Assembly (NCBI GenBank): GCA_035269065.1
Contig: DATFJT010000075.1
Span: 1-54,493 of the forward strand
Direction: 5' to 3'
DNA from: Saprospiraceae bacterium
GTDB lineage: Bacteria > Bacteroidota > Bacteroidia > Chitinophagales > Saprospiraceae
Length of the DNA stretch: 54,493 bases
Position numbers and translations under genes: made by a program. How positions within the stretch are numbered: position 1 is the stretch's first letter; the number at the start of each line of letters is the position of its first letter. Positions 38,385 to 48,433 of the stretch are shown here, piece after piece. The notes under the pieces were generated by a model. The model did not search any database, was not told where the DNA came from, and saw nothing but the letters and a program-made list of their open reading frames with translations.

Positions 38385-40001
38385 TCAGACAGAGGTTTTC
38401 ACTATGGGTGCTGCATTTCTGCATTCTTCGTTGGCTTCTTCGTAATATTTCTCAAAATTGGACACAAACATTCCGGCAAGTTCATTGGCCTTTTTATCAT
38501 AGGCTGTCGGATCAGACCAGGTATTGCGGGGATTAAGCAAGTTGTCCGGCACTTCCGGACAGCTCTGCGGAATATTCAGGCCAAAAATGTTGTTGCTGTC
38601 ATATTCCACATCTTTCAGGTGGCCCTGGAGGGCTTCTCGTATCATGGCCCGCGTATAAGCCAGTTTCATTCTGTGACCCTCACCGTAAGGGCCTTTTGTC
38701 CAGCCGGTATTGATCAGCCAAACGTCTACCCCGTGTTTTTGCATCCTTTCGCTGAGCATTTCTGCATATTTAGTGGGATGCAAGGGTAGAAATGGTGCTC
38801 CAAAACAAGCGGAGAAAGTAGCTTGTGGCTCTGAAACTCCATCCTCAGTTCCAGCTACTTTGGCTGTGTAACCACTGATAAAGTGATACATGGCCTGACC
38901 AGGAGTTAGTTTCGAGATGGGAGGTAAAATACCGAAGGCATCAGCAGTGAGGAAGAAGATATTTTTAGGGTGTCCGCCTTTCGATGGAATGGCAGCATTG
39001 TCAATATGAAAGATAGGGTAAGAAACCCTTGTATTCTGAGTAATCTCAGCACTTGCAAAATCCGGCATTCTGGTGTTTTCCTCGTAGACGAGGTTTTCGA
39101 GAATGGCTCTGTGTTTAATGGCATTGTAAATTTCAGGCTCTGTTTTGGGGTTGAGATCGATGGTCTTTGCATAACAACCGCCTTCAAAGTTGAAAACGCC
39201 ATTATCCGACCAACCATGTTCGTCATCTCCAATGAGTGTTCTGCTGCTGTCGGCTGACAAGGTCGTCTTCCCGGTACCACTTAGGCCGAAAAACACAGCC
39301 ACATCTTCTTTGTCTTCCTTGCCCATGTTTGCGCTACAGTGCATGGACAATACCTTTTTCTCATGCGGAAGGATAAAATTGAGTACGGAGAAAATCCCTT
39401 TCTTGATTTCTCCTGTATACCCGGTGCCACCAATGATGATGGTTTTTTCTTCGAAAGAAATAATGGCGAAATTCTCTTGTCTTGTCCCATCCGTTTCAGG
39501 ATCTGCTTTGCATCCGGGAGCGCAAAGCACATGCCATTCCGGCTCAAAGTTATTAATCTCAGCGCGATCAGGGCGCAGGAACATATTGTAGCCAAACTGA
39601 TTGCTCCAGGGATATTCAGTCACGAGCCGTAAACTCAAGCGATAATCTTTATCCGCACAGGCGTATGCATCTCTGACAAAGACGTCACCCTTGGACAAAT
39701 AGTCCTGTACCTTTTTCTTAAGGCCCTGGTAGTAATTGTTGTCGATAGATATGTTGATAGGTCCCCAGTCCACATTGTTTTCAGTCATTTGATCCTTGAC
39801 AATGAACCGGTCTTTAGGTGAGCGACCGGTAAACCTTCCTGTTTTGATGAGAATAGCACCCAATTCTGTCATTTCACCCATGTCGCGACGGATAGATTCC
39901 TCTACCAGTTGTTCGGGCAACAAATTCCAGTATTGTTTTTCTGATTGAATATTTAAACTTTCAAGAGAGGCGCTAATATTTTTATGACCAACAATGACCA
40001 T
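38385..40001 (-). CDS. pckA: phosphoenolpyruvate carboxykinase (ATP)
   Basis: 538 aa with GLSGTGKTTLS kinase-1a, GDDEHGW and NTGW motifs. Confidence 0.97.
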   Translation of the reverse strand: MVIVGHKNISASLESLNIQSEKQYWNLLPEQLVEESIRRDMGEMTELGAILIKTGRFTGRSPKDRFIVKDQMTENNVDWGPINISIDNNYYQGLKKKVQDYLSKGDVFVRDAYACADKDYRLSLRLVTEYPWSNQFGYNMFLRPDRAEINNFEPEWHVLCAPGCKADPETDGTRQENFAIISFEEKTIIIGGTGYTGEIKKGIFSVLNFILPHEKKVLSMHCSANMGKEDKEDVAVFFGLSGTGKTTLSADSSRTLIGDDEHGWSDNGVFNFEGGCYAKTIDLNPKTEPEIYNAIKHRAILENLVYEENTRMPDFASAEITQNTRVSYPIFHIDNAAIPSKGGHPKNIFFLTADAFGILPPISKLTPGQAMYHFISGYTAKVAGTEDGVSEPQATFSACFGAPFLPLHPTKYAEMLSERMQKHGVDVWLINTGWTKGPYGEGHRMKLAYTRAMIREALQGHLKDVEYDSNNIFGLNIPQSCPEVPDNLLNPRNTWSDPTAYDKKANELAGMFVSNFEKYYEEANEECRNAAPIVKTSV

Positions 40002-40092
40002 TTGTCTCGCTATTTTGGTTTTAAAGGCACAAATTTAAGTAATAAATTAAAGGTCGTATTGTTTTTGAGCTTTTTTGATGCCTTTATGCTTA

Positions 40093-41247
40093 TCATTTTG
40101 GGAGTTCCAAGAGGAAAACGGTTCCTTTTCCAGGCCGGGATTGTTTGACACTAATTCTACCCTTATGGTATTGTTCCATGATTCTTTTTGCTAAGGATAG
40201 TCCTAGGCCCCAACCTCTTTTTTTCGTGGTGAAACCAGGCTGAAATATACGTTTGTGCATATTGGGCAGCATCCCTTTTCCAGAATCTGACAATTCGATG
40301 TAAACCTTGTTTTCTTTTTCATAGGTTTTGAAAGCAATTTCTCCTTCGCCATCCATCGCATCCAGCGCATTCCGCACCAGATTCTCCAATACCCAGTTTA
40401 ACAAGTGTTCGTTGTAGCGCGCAATTAATTCTTTGCCAGCGGCATCAAAAGATAATTTTATTCGACTGGGGACTCTTTTTTCGAAATAGGACAGAACAGA
40501 GCGAATGGTATCATCGATTGGATGTTGTTTCAGGACGGGTTGTGATCCAATTTTTGAAAAACGATCTGCAATTTTCTTCAGTTTATCGACATCGTTTTCC
40601 ATCTCTAAAGCGGTCGTGCGCACGAGCTCCGGATCTTCCGGCAATTCTTTCAGGGTTTCCAGCCATGACATGATGGCCGTAATCGGCGTTCCTAGTTGAT
40701 GGGCTGTTTCTTTCGCCATACCTACCCAGACCAGGTTTTGTTCTGCTTTTCTCGCAGAGCTAAACAGCCAGTATCCGATCAAGATGAATGCTGATACGAG
40801 AAAAACCTGAATCAATGGAAAATAGCTTAGCATTTGCAGTAAACGGGACTCTTTATAATAGACGTATTGGGTGAAGTAGGGCGTACGTAACTCAAGGGGC
40901 TTTACCCCGGAGGCCTTCATTTTAGTAAGTTCCTGCTTGAGACGAGGATCATCTGGGTCATCACAAGAAAAGTTTTCCACGAAATTTATCTCATCATTTT
41001 CATCCACAATGAGAGCCGGAATGTAAAAGTTGGATTGCGCGATTCTAGAGTGCAGAGTGAGATTACAACTCGTGTCTGCATTGGCCATTTCCTCCATGGC
41101 AATGGCCCACAGCTCCACCTTCGTTTTCTCTTCTTCCGACAATTTCTTTGCTAAGAAATTGGTGTAATAGGTAGAAATCGCAAGAATGATCAAGCCCGTA
41201 AGTAAAAGGAATAATTTCCAGCGAGATTTTTTCCGATAAATATTCAA
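40093..41247 (-). CDS. membrane sensor histidine kinase
   Basis: Two TM helices flanking a ~120-aa extracytoplasmic loop. H-box HQLGTPITAI, N-box NLVRNALDA, G-boxes DSGKGM and GWGLGLSLAKRI. Confidence 0.88.
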   Translation of the reverse strand: MNIYRKKSRWKLFLLLTGLIILAISTYYTNFLAKKLSEEEKTKVELWAIAMEEMANADTSCNLTLHSRIAQSNFYIPALIVDENDEINFVENFSCDDPDDPRLKQELTKMKASGVKPLELRTPYFTQYVYYKESRLLQMLSYFPLIQVFLVSAFILIGYWLFSSARKAEQNLVWVGMAKETAHQLGTPITAIMSWLETLKELPEDPELVRTTALEMENDVDKLKKIADRFSKIGSQPVLKQHPIDDTIRSVLSYFEKRVPSRIKLSFDAAGKELIARYNEHLLNWVLENLVRNALDAMDGEGEIAFKTYEKENKVYIELSDSGKGMLPNMHKRIFQPGFTTKKRGWGLGLSLAKRIMEQYHKGRISVKQSRPGKGTVFLLELPK

Positions 41248-41333
41248 AGCCTAAATATTTTTGGAATTAACGCAAGTTAAGCATACTTTATTTATCATTG
41301 ATATCTTTAAAAAGTAGTTACAATCAGGGAATT

Positions 41334-41699
41334 ATGAAACTAGCGGTAATTGCCCATGACGGAAAGAAGCCGGAAATGGTGGCTTTCATCATGGATCATC
41401 TGCAACTTCTTAAGCAGAATGATATTGAATTGATCGCCACGGGGACAACGGGTTCACACATGGAAAAAGCGGGCCTTGAGGTACATGCTTTGGCCAGTGG
41501 ACCGCTGGGAGGGGATGCCCAAATTGCATCGCGTATTGTTGAAGGTAAGATAGACATGGTCATATTTTTCAGGGATCCTCTAGGGAAACACCCGCACGAA
41601 GTGGACGTCAATATGCTCATGCGTCTTTGTGATGTACATAACATTCCCCTGGCAACAAATCCAGCGGCAGCAGAACTCTTTCTTAAAGCAATTGGTTGA
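41334..41699 (+). CDS. mgsA: methylglyoxal synthase
   Basis: IALIAHD-type start (LAVIAHDGKKPEM), ATGTTG, GPLGGD, and FFRDPL..HPHE.D. Start set to the ATG at 41334. Confidence 0.93.
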   Translation: MKLAVIAHDGKKPEMVAFIMDHLQLLKQNDIELIATGTTGSHMEKAGLEVHALASGPLGGDAQIASRIVEGKIDMVIFFRDPLGKHPHEVDVNMLMRLCDVHNIPLATNPAAAELFLKAIG

Positions 41700-41717
41700 C
41701 TGGAAAAACAGATAAGA

Positions 41718-42782
41718 TTGGAGGCAGAAAAGAAGGATATTAGAAAAATTAAACCCAGGGAACTGGAGGCATTTTTGGATGACCTGGGCGTAAAAGCTTT
41801 TCGAAAAAAGCAGATTGAGGAATGGATCTGGCAAAAATCTGTACGGAGTTTTGACGAAATGACCAACTTGAGTAAGGCTTTGCGGGCCAGTCTAAAGGAG
41901 CGATTTGAGTTTCCGGCTCTGACGACAGACCTTGTACAGCGAAGTTCTGACGGCACAGTAAAGACCAGGTTTCGTTTGAAGGACGGAGCTATGATAGAGT
42001 CGGTGCTTATTCCGGTTGTACGAGATCAACGGTTTACTGTATGTGTGTCGAGCCAGGTGGGCTGTAGCCTCGATTGTGCTTTTTGTGCTACCGGAAAGAT
42101 GAAGCGCATGCGTAACCTGGATGCTGCTGAAATTTACGACCAGGTCGTAGGTGTAAATGCGCAAGCTCAGGCGTTTTTCGACCACCCACTTACCAATATT
42201 GTTTTCATGGGTATGGGGGAGCCCCTATTGGCATACAGTTCTGTCAAGGAAGCGATACGCCGAATAACAGAACCCCGCGCCGGTTTGGGTATGTCACCCA
42301 GGAGAATTACCGTTAGCACTGCCGGAATCGCGAAGATGATTCACAAACTGGCAGATGAAGAAGTCCGGTTTAACCTGGCCCTTTCCTTGCACGCAGCCAA
42401 TGAAGAAAAGCGCAGCCAGATCATGTCCATCAATGAGACTAATAATTTATCTGCCCTGATGGAGGCTTTGCGCGCTTTTAACGATAAAGCCAAGGGAAAA
42501 ATAAGTTATGAATATATTGCGCTCAAAGACTTCAACACTTCAATTGAGGACGCTAAGGAGTTGGAACAGCTGTGTAGAGACTTTCCTGTAAAGGTGAACA
42601 TCATCGAATACAATGATGTTGATGGCGTGCCTTTTCAAAAAGAAGATGAGCGCAAAACTGATGCATTCGCGGACTACCTCAATAGTCGGGGGGTTACAGC
42701 CACCATACGTAGAAGCAGGGGAAAGGACATCGATGCAGCCTGTGGCCAATTGGCCAACCAGGAAGGTGATGGCCACAACTAA
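41718..42782 (+). CDS. rlmN: 23S rRNA/tRNA adenine-C2 methyltransferase RlmN (radical SAM)
   Basis: FRKKQIEEWIW...FDEMTNLSK N terminus. CSLDCAFCATG radical-SAM cluster. C-terminal GKDIDAACGQL. Apparent TTG start. Confidence 0.92.
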   Translation: MEAEKKDIRKIKPRELEAFLDDLGVKAFRKKQIEEWIWQKSVRSFDEMTNLSKALRASLKERFEFPALTTDLVQRSSDGTVKTRFRLKDGAMIESVLIPVVRDQRFTVCVSSQVGCSLDCAFCATGKMKRMRNLDAAEIYDQVVGVNAQAQAFFDHPLTNIVFMGMGEPLLAYSSVKEAIRRITEPRAGLGMSPRRITVSTAGIAKMIHKLADEEVRFNLALSLHAANEEKRSQIMSINETNNLSALMEALRAFNDKAKGKISYEYIALKDFNTSIEDAKELEQLCRDFPVKVNIIEYNDVDGVPFQKEDERKTDAFADYLNSRGVTATIRRSRGKDIDAACGQLANQEGDGHN

Positions 42783-42815
42783 GAAAAAAGCGACTCAACT
42801 ATCACTTAGCGCTTT

Positions 42816-43739
42816 TCAGGTCAAGTCGATTTCAAAATTGACTAGATCTACGAACTCCTTTAAGCGACCGGTCAACAATTGATTGTCCACTTTTTTCAAT
42901 TTGTCCAGACTAAACTCTTCTACACAAAATGAGGCCATTGCACTGCCGTGAATCACAGCACGCTTCATGTTTTCCAATGAAATATCATTCGTATCTGCGA
43001 GATAGCCCATAAAGCCACCAGCAAAGGTGTCTCCGGCACCGGTAGGGTCAAAAACTTCAGCGAGTGGCAGGGCAGGGGCAAAGAAAACATGATGATCGCT
43101 GAACAAAAGGGCTCCGTGTTCCCCTTTCTTAATAACCAGGTATTTTAGCCCTTTACTGAGAATTTTTTCTGCTGCTTTAACGAGAGAATATTCACCCGAG
43201 AGTTGGCGCGCCTCTTCGTCGTTGATGATCAAAACATCTACCCTTTTGATGGCCTCCCATAAAGCATCCGGTGCGACGTCAATCCAGAAATTCATCGTGT
43301 CCATGGCCGTGAGTAGAGGCTTTTCTTTCATTTGGTCCAAAACAGATATCTGTACCTCCGGTGTGAGGTTGCCCAACATGAGAAAGCGCGCCTCTTTGTA
43401 TGATTCGGGTAATTTGGGTTTAAAGTCTGCCAAAACATTCAACTCAGTCGCCAGAGTTTCTCTTGAATTGAGATCTTGGTGGTATTTACCAGCCCAGAAA
43501 AAAGACTTTTCTCCTTTTTTTATTTGTAGTCCACCAGTGTCTACGCCGCGATCATTCAGGTTTTTAATTTCTTGCTCAGGCCAGTCATCACCAATCACAG
43601 AAACGAGTCCGATATCTCCGGTATATAAGGATGCCGCGTAAGAAATGTAGGTAGCTGCACCCCCTATAACTTTCTCTGCTTTACCAAATGGTGTTTCTAT
43701 GGAATCGAACGCAACGGTTCCTACATTTACAAGCTTCAT
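42816..43739 (-). CDS. PfkB-family carbohydrate/nucleoside kinase
   Basis: C-terminal ribokinase-family signature DPTGAGDTFAGGF, and an N-terminal GGAA..ISY motif. Confidence 0.85.
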   Translation of the reverse strand: MKLVNVGTVAFDSIETPFGKAEKVIGGAATYISYAASLYTGDIGLVSVIGDDWPEQEIKNLNDRGVDTGGLQIKKGEKSFFWAGKYHQDLNSRETLATELNVLADFKPKLPESYKEARFLMLGNLTPEVQISVLDQMKEKPLLTAMDTMNFWIDVAPDALWEAIKRVDVLIINDEEARQLSGEYSLVKAAEKILSKGLKYLVIKKGEHGALLFSDHHVFFAPALPLAEVFDPTGAGDTFAGGFMGYLADTNDISLENMKRAVIHGSAMASFCVEEFSLDKLKKVDNQLLTGRLKEFVDLVNFEIDLT

Positions 43740-43759
43740 AAAAATTCTTTTTGCAAATA

Positions 43760-43790
43760 TTGCACAATTATATTTATTGACCTAAATTTG
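43760..43790 (+). promoter_or_regulatory. candidate promoter for tRNA-Asn (TAAATTTG -7 box)
   Basis: TAnnTTTG match TAAATTTG at 43783-43790, about 31 nt upstream of the tRNA 5' end. There is a TTG about 20 nt upstream. Motif-only call. Confidence 0.35.
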
Positions 43791-43821
43791 CACTCCGTTT
43801 TGAGAGAAGGTAAAGAGAAAC

Positions 43822-43895
43822 GCTTCAGTAGCTCAGCTGGTTAGAGCGGCGGACTGTTAATCCGTAGGTCGTAGGTTCGAGTCCTACCTGAAGCG
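43822..43895 (+). tRNA. tRNA-Asn (anticodon GTT)
   Basis: Hand-folded cloverleaf. Acceptor GCTTCAG/CTGAAGC, D arm GCTC-AGCTGGTTA-GAGC, anticodon loop CTGTTAA (GTT at 43856-43858), T arm GTAGG-TTCGAGT-CCTAC, discriminator G. No encoded CCA. Confidence 0.93.
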
Positions 43896-44339
43896 CTACT
43901 TCTCTCTCTTTTTCAACAACCACTTCACAGCCATTTCATATCCTTCGATTCCTTTGCCCTCGATACAGTGTGCTACGTGCGGCCTTATAAGAGACAGTTG
44001 CCTTCTAGGTTCCCTTTCTGATATATTGCTAATATGTACTTCTACTATTGGGAGAGACATCAATTCTACTGTATCTGCCAAGGCCAGGCTGTAATGCGTA
44101 TAGGCCGCAGGGTTTAGAATGACGCCCATGCATCCTGACGGTATGCTTTGCAGGTAGTCGATTAGGGCTCCTTCAGCATTACTCTGAAAATACATCAATA
44201 CCGCTTCAGACCCGAATTGGGGCCTCAGTTGTGTTTCCAGATAGTCATCGAAAGATTGTCCGCCATAGATTTTCGGAGGTCTTAAGTGTAGCAGATTCAG
44301 GTTTGGTCCGTTGACGATGTGTATGATTGGCAGCATCAA
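43896..44339 (-). CDS. aroQ: type II 3-dehydroquinate dehydratase
   Basis: IHIVNGPNLNLL N terminus, NPAAYTHYS and EVH(I)SN motifs. 4-nt overlap with recQ. Confidence 0.93.
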   Translation of the reverse strand: MMLPIIHIVNGPNLNLLHLRPPKIYGGQSFDDYLETQLRPQFGSEAVLMYFQSNAEGALIDYLQSIPSGCMGVILNPAAYTHYSLALADTVELMSLPIVEVHISNISEREPRRQLSLIRPHVAHCIEGKGIEGYEMAVKWLLKKREK

Positions 44340-46573
44340 TTGGCCATTTCTGACAAGAACTTTATGCGCACCAATTTAATTTCCTGCATGGTAATATCAT
44401 CTTCTTGGAGTTCCTCGAAAGCGGATTCCACGGAGTCGCTTTCTGCCTCCATGAAATAATCATAAATATCTTCCTTTGAATATTCATCCACTACATCGTC
44501 TATGTAATAGTTGATGTCAACCTTAGTTCCACTTAAGACAATAGCGCCCAGTTCGTCGATCAACTCATCCTCGGACACATGGATACTACTGGCGATATCA
44601 TCTAATGACATTTTGCGGTCGATGCCCTGTATAATGTGAATTTTGGACTTGGACTTGTTTGCAACTGATTTAATGACGATGTCATTCGGTCGTTCAATAT
44701 TATTTTCATCCACGTATTGTTGGATGGCCTCAATAAAGGGCGCGCCATACCGTCTGGCTTTACTCATGCCCACACCGGAAATATTGGCCATGTCTTCCAA
44801 GCTGACTGGATAATAGATGCACATCTCCTTCAAGCTGGGATCCTGGAAGACAACGTATTTTGGAATCTCTTCACTCGCAGCAATTTTTCCACGAATATCT
44901 TGCAGGATGCCGTAAAGAATTTGGTCCATCACACCCGTTTTTTCGTTGCTGACGGGAGCGTCACTTTCTTCGTCAGACTGGGACAGGTCCCTTTTGATCA
45001 TGATGACCGTAGGCTTCGGGTTTTCTATGAAGTTTTTTCCTTTCTCAGTTAAACGCAAAATACCATACTCCTCTATATCTTTTCGACAGTAGTTGTGTAA
45101 CAGAGCCTGCCGCATGAGAGATTTCCAAAAAATAGAAGGTTTTTCTTTGCCTGCACCAAACATGGGATGCTCTTGCAACTTGAAAGCCTTTAATTTTTCA
45201 TTGCTTTCCCCTGTGATGAAATCCACAAGGGGACGGCTGGTGTAGTTTTCCTGAAGTGCTTGTATGACCTTGAGGGCAAGAACCATTTCATCCTTTGCCT
45301 GAACCTGTTCACCTGGATGCCTGCAGTTATCGCACATTTCCCCACAGTTTTCCTTATCGAAATCTTCTCCGAAATAATGGAGGAGCAGCACCCTTCTGCA
45401 AACAGAGCTTTCGGCATAAGACATCACTTCTCGGAGAATTTCGAGACCCATTTGTCTTTCGGAAACAGGTTTATCTCGAAGGAACTTCTCTAGCTTGAGC
45501 AGGTCTTTGAAAGAATAAAAAGCCAGGCAGTCTCCTTCAAGGCCATCTCTTCCGGCTCTTCCAGTTTCCTGGTAATAATTCTCAATGGATTTTGGTATAT
45601 CGTAGTGTATTACAAACCTGACATCAGGTTTATCTATGCCCATGCCAAAAGCAATTGTGGCACAAATGACATGGATGTTTTCCATGAGAAAATCATCCTG
45701 GGTTTTAGCCCTGGTTTTAGCATCTAAACCGGCGTGGTAGGGTGCTGCCAGAATGCCGTTGACGCTCAATTGGCGAGCTATATCTTCTGTGGACTTTCGG
45801 CTTTGCACGTAAATGATGCCACTTTTACCTTTGCGCTGCTTAATAAATTTGATGATTTCAACGACTGCTTTTTCCTTGCTCTTTTTGGGTCTCACTTCAT
45901 AGTACAAATTGGGTCTGTTGAAGGAAGATACGTAGGTATTGCAGTCTTGTAAGCCCAGGTTCTTGATGATGTCAGACCTCACTTTTGGTGTGGCCGTGGC
46001 AGTAAGAGCAATGATTGAAACTTCATGCTCCAGTTGTTCTGTCAGATGTTGAATTCTTCGGTATTCTGGTCGAAAATCGTGCCCCCATTCAGAAATGCAG
46101 TGTGCCTCGTCTACGGCGATAAAGGAAATGTTGACTGATTTAAAGAAGTCGATATTTTCTTCTTTGAGCAGGGTCTCCGGTGCTACATATAGCAGTTTCG
46201 TTGCCCCCTCTAAAATGTCCTCCTTGACTTTTCGAATTTGACCTTTATTTAGAGAAGAGTTGAGGAAGTGGGCGACACTATCATTATCGCCATGTCTGCG
46301 TATGGCATCCACCTGGTTTTTCATCAGTGCAATGAGTGGGGAAATAACGATAGCTGTGCCTGGAGACATAAGGGCAGGGAGTTGGTAACATAAGGACTTA
46401 CCTCCACCGGTAGGCATCAGGACAAAACTATCCCGGCCTGATAACAGGTTTTTGATGATGGCTTCCTGGTTTTCTTTGAATTGATCAAATCCGAAATACC
46501 GCTTCAGCGCAAGTCCTAATTTGTCTTTTTCAGAGATCATGTACTTGTTTAATTTCTCATTGCTTCTGTACAA
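44336..46573 (-). CDS. recQ: ATP-dependent DNA helicase RecQ
   Basis: FGFDQFKENQ, MPTGGGKSLCYQ Walker A, VDEAHCISEWGHDFRPEY, zinc-binding C..C..C, HRDC region and a long acidic C-terminal extension. Start may be the second ATG at 46540. Confidence 0.95.
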   Translation of the reverse strand: MYRSNEKLNKYMISEKDKLGLALKRYFGFDQFKENQEAIIKNLLSGRDSFVLMPTGGGKSLCYQLPALMSPGTAIVISPLIALMKNQVDAIRRHGDNDSVAHFLNSSLNKGQIRKVKEDILEGATKLLYVAPETLLKEENIDFFKSVNISFIAVDEAHCISEWGHDFRPEYRRIQHLTEQLEHEVSIIALTATATPKVRSDIIKNLGLQDCNTYVSSFNRPNLYYEVRPKKSKEKAVVEIIKFIKQRKGKSGIIYVQSRKSTEDIARQLSVNGILAAPYHAGLDAKTRAKTQDDFLMENIHVICATIAFGMGIDKPDVRFVIHYDIPKSIENYYQETGRAGRDGLEGDCLAFYSFKDLLKLEKFLRDKPVSERQMGLEILREVMSYAESSVCRRVLLLHYFGEDFDKENCGEMCDNCRHPGEQVQAKDEMVLALKVIQALQENYTSRPLVDFITGESNEKLKAFKLQEHPMFGAGKEKPSIFWKSLMRQALLHNYCRKDIEEYGILRLTEKGKNFIENPKPTVIMIKRDLSQSDEESDAPVSNEKTGVMDQILYGILQDIRGKIAASEEIPKYVVFQDPSLKEMCIYYPVSLEDMANISGVGMSKARRYGAPFIEAIQQYVDENNIERPNDIVIKSVANKSKSKIHIIQGIDRKMSLDDIASSIHVSEDELIDELGAIVLSGTKVDINYYIDDVVDEYSKEDIYDYFMEAESDSVESAFEELQEDDITMQEIKLVRIKFLSEMAN

Positions 46574-46646
46574 TTCCTGAATTTAGCGGTAGTTTTACGA
46601 CCGCACAATTTAAAAATACTAATTTTTGAGTGACAAAGGAACATAT

Positions 46647-47621
46647 ATGTCTGACAAAAAAAAGGCAGTCATCAGGGACGCACAAGAAACCCTGCGCATT
46701 GAATCAGCGGCCATTCAAGATTTGATTCCACATGTGGATGAAGATTTTTACAATTGCGTTCAACATGTTTTGAAAGCTGGCGGCCGCATCATTATAACGG
46801 GTATTGGCAAGAGTGCGCTCATAGGACAGAAGATTGCCGCCACACTCAACAGCACAGGTACACCCTCTTTTTTTATGCACGCTGCTGACGCCATCCACGG
46901 TGATTTAGGAATGATTCAGAAGGAGGACACGGTCATGTGTATTTCTAAAAGCGGCAATACGCCCGAAATAAAAGCCCTTTTGCCTTTCATACGAAATTTC
47001 GGCAACCACATTATTGGCCTTGCGGGAAACAAGCAATCGGAGTTGGCACAATTTGCTGACTTTTTACTGTATTGCGGAGTAAAAGAAGAAGCGGACCCAA
47101 ACAATTTGGCACCAACGGCGAGTTCGACCGCGCAGTTGGCCATGGGAGATGCCCTGGCGGTAGCCCTGATGAAATACCGGGGATTCAGCCCTGAAGATTT
47201 TGCTGCTTTTCACCCCGGTGGTTCTCTTGGCAAACAATTGTATCTCAAAGCAGGGGACTTGGCTGCAGGCAACCTAGCTCCGAGCGTGTCTCTGGATACG
47301 GACATTCATCAAATTATACTGGAAATAAGTTCAAACAGGCTAGGTGCTACTGCCGTTGTTGACGAGGCCATGCAGCTTTTGGGGATTATTACGGATGGGG
47401 ATTTGAGGAGAATGCTTGAGAAGGAAAGAGATTACCAGGACTTTAAGGCTCGAGATGTATATTCTTCTAACCCATTAAGCATGCCTCATGACGAATTGGC
47501 GGTTAAGGCACTGACCATAATGAGAAGCCATAGCATCAGCCAGTTGCCAATCCTGGATAAAGAGGGCCTTTATTCAGGCATGATACATCTGCATGACTTG
47601 ATAAGGGAGGGTTTGATTTAA
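46647..47621 (+). CDS. kpsF: KpsF/GutQ-family arabinose-5-phosphate isomerase (SIS + CBS pair)
   Basis: SIS motif GIGKSALIGQKIAATL.STGTPSFF.H, followed by two CBS repeats. Start set to the ATG at 46647. Confidence 0.88.
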   Translation: MSDKKKAVIRDAQETLRIESAAIQDLIPHVDEDFYNCVQHVLKAGGRIIITGIGKSALIGQKIAATLNSTGTPSFFMHAADAIHGDLGMIQKEDTVMCISKSGNTPEIKALLPFIRNFGNHIIGLAGNKQSELAQFADFLLYCGVKEEADPNNLAPTASSTAQLAMGDALAVALMKYRGFSPEDFAAFHPGGSLGKQLYLKAGDLAAGNLAPSVSLDTDIHQIILEISSNRLGATAVVDEAMQLLGIITDGDLRRMLEKERDYQDFKARDVYSSNPLSMPHDELAVKALTIMRSHSISQLPILDKEGLYSGMIHLHDLIREGLI

Positions 47622-47622
47622 C

Positions 47623-48369
47623 TTATGAGGCTTTAGAAAGGTAGAGGTTGTTGATCCCGGGTTCATTGAGTATGGCTATCTTAAGATTACCAACGAGATC
47701 CAAAATAGCCAGGAATATAATGATGGCATGGATTCGGTCGACGCAATCTTGAAAAAGATCGGTGAAGTTTAATTTTGATTTAACCTGGAATTTCTCGTAT
47801 AAATTATTTTTTTCCGTTTCCATATCGTAATCGAAGCGCAAAATTACCGGGTTTTTACGCTTTTCCCGGTCTTCGTATTTCTCCATGGCTCTTGCAAAAA
47901 AATCCATCAACTTATAGAGTTTGATGCTCTCTAATTCGGAAGATTTATCAGCTCGCCGTAAAAGACCCCGGAGCTCCAGGTGGAAATGCCCCCGAGGGTG
48001 CTTTTTCAAGCGGTCGTCTTCCAACTTTTCAAATTGATCGATACTTTGCTTGTATCTTTTATATTCCAGCAGTTTTTGCACTAAATCCTGTCTCGGGTCA
48101 AGTTCATTACCCTCTTCATCTACCGGCTTCCTCGGCAGGAGTACTTTTGCTTTGATTTCCATCAATGTAGCGGCCATGACTATGAATTCACTGGCCATGT
48201 TGATATTCAGCCGTTCCATGGTGTGCAGATAATTAAGAAAATCACCGGTCAACTTAGCTATCGGAATATCGTGAATGTCTAATTCGTCCCGCTCGATAAA
48301 GAACAAAAGCAAATCAAAGGGCCCTTCAAATTGGGGCAACTTTATGGTGTACAATGCAGGAGAAATCAT
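47623..48369 (-). CDS. scpA: segregation and condensation protein A (SMC kleisin)
   Basis: FEGPFDLLLFFI N-terminal motif and about the right length from the ATG at 48369. The longer track ORF would overlap the divergent neighbour. Confidence 0.85.
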   Translation of the reverse strand: MISPALYTIKLPQFEGPFDLLLFFIERDELDIHDIPIAKLTGDFLNYLHTMERLNINMASEFIVMAATLMEIKAKVLLPRKPVDEEGNELDPRQDLVQKLLEYKRYKQSIDQFEKLEDDRLKKHPRGHFHLELRGLLRRADKSSELESIKLYKLMDFFARAMEKYEDREKRKNPVILRFDYDMETEKNNLYEKFQVKSKLNFTDLFQDCVDRIHAIIIFLAILDLVGNLKIAILNEPGINNLYLSKAS

Positions 48370-48433
48370 ATAACAAAGATAAGAAATACGACGTGTAGGG
48401 CAGTCAATTCGCAGGGATTCTTTAGTTTTCGAG

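Noticed and set aside
46656-46663. A8 run at the start of the kpsF-like gene (codons DKKK) as a slippage site
   Set aside because: Short poly-A runs encoding Lys are common in this AT-leaning genome, and a similar A8 occurs at 48661. There is no alternative frame with coding potential.
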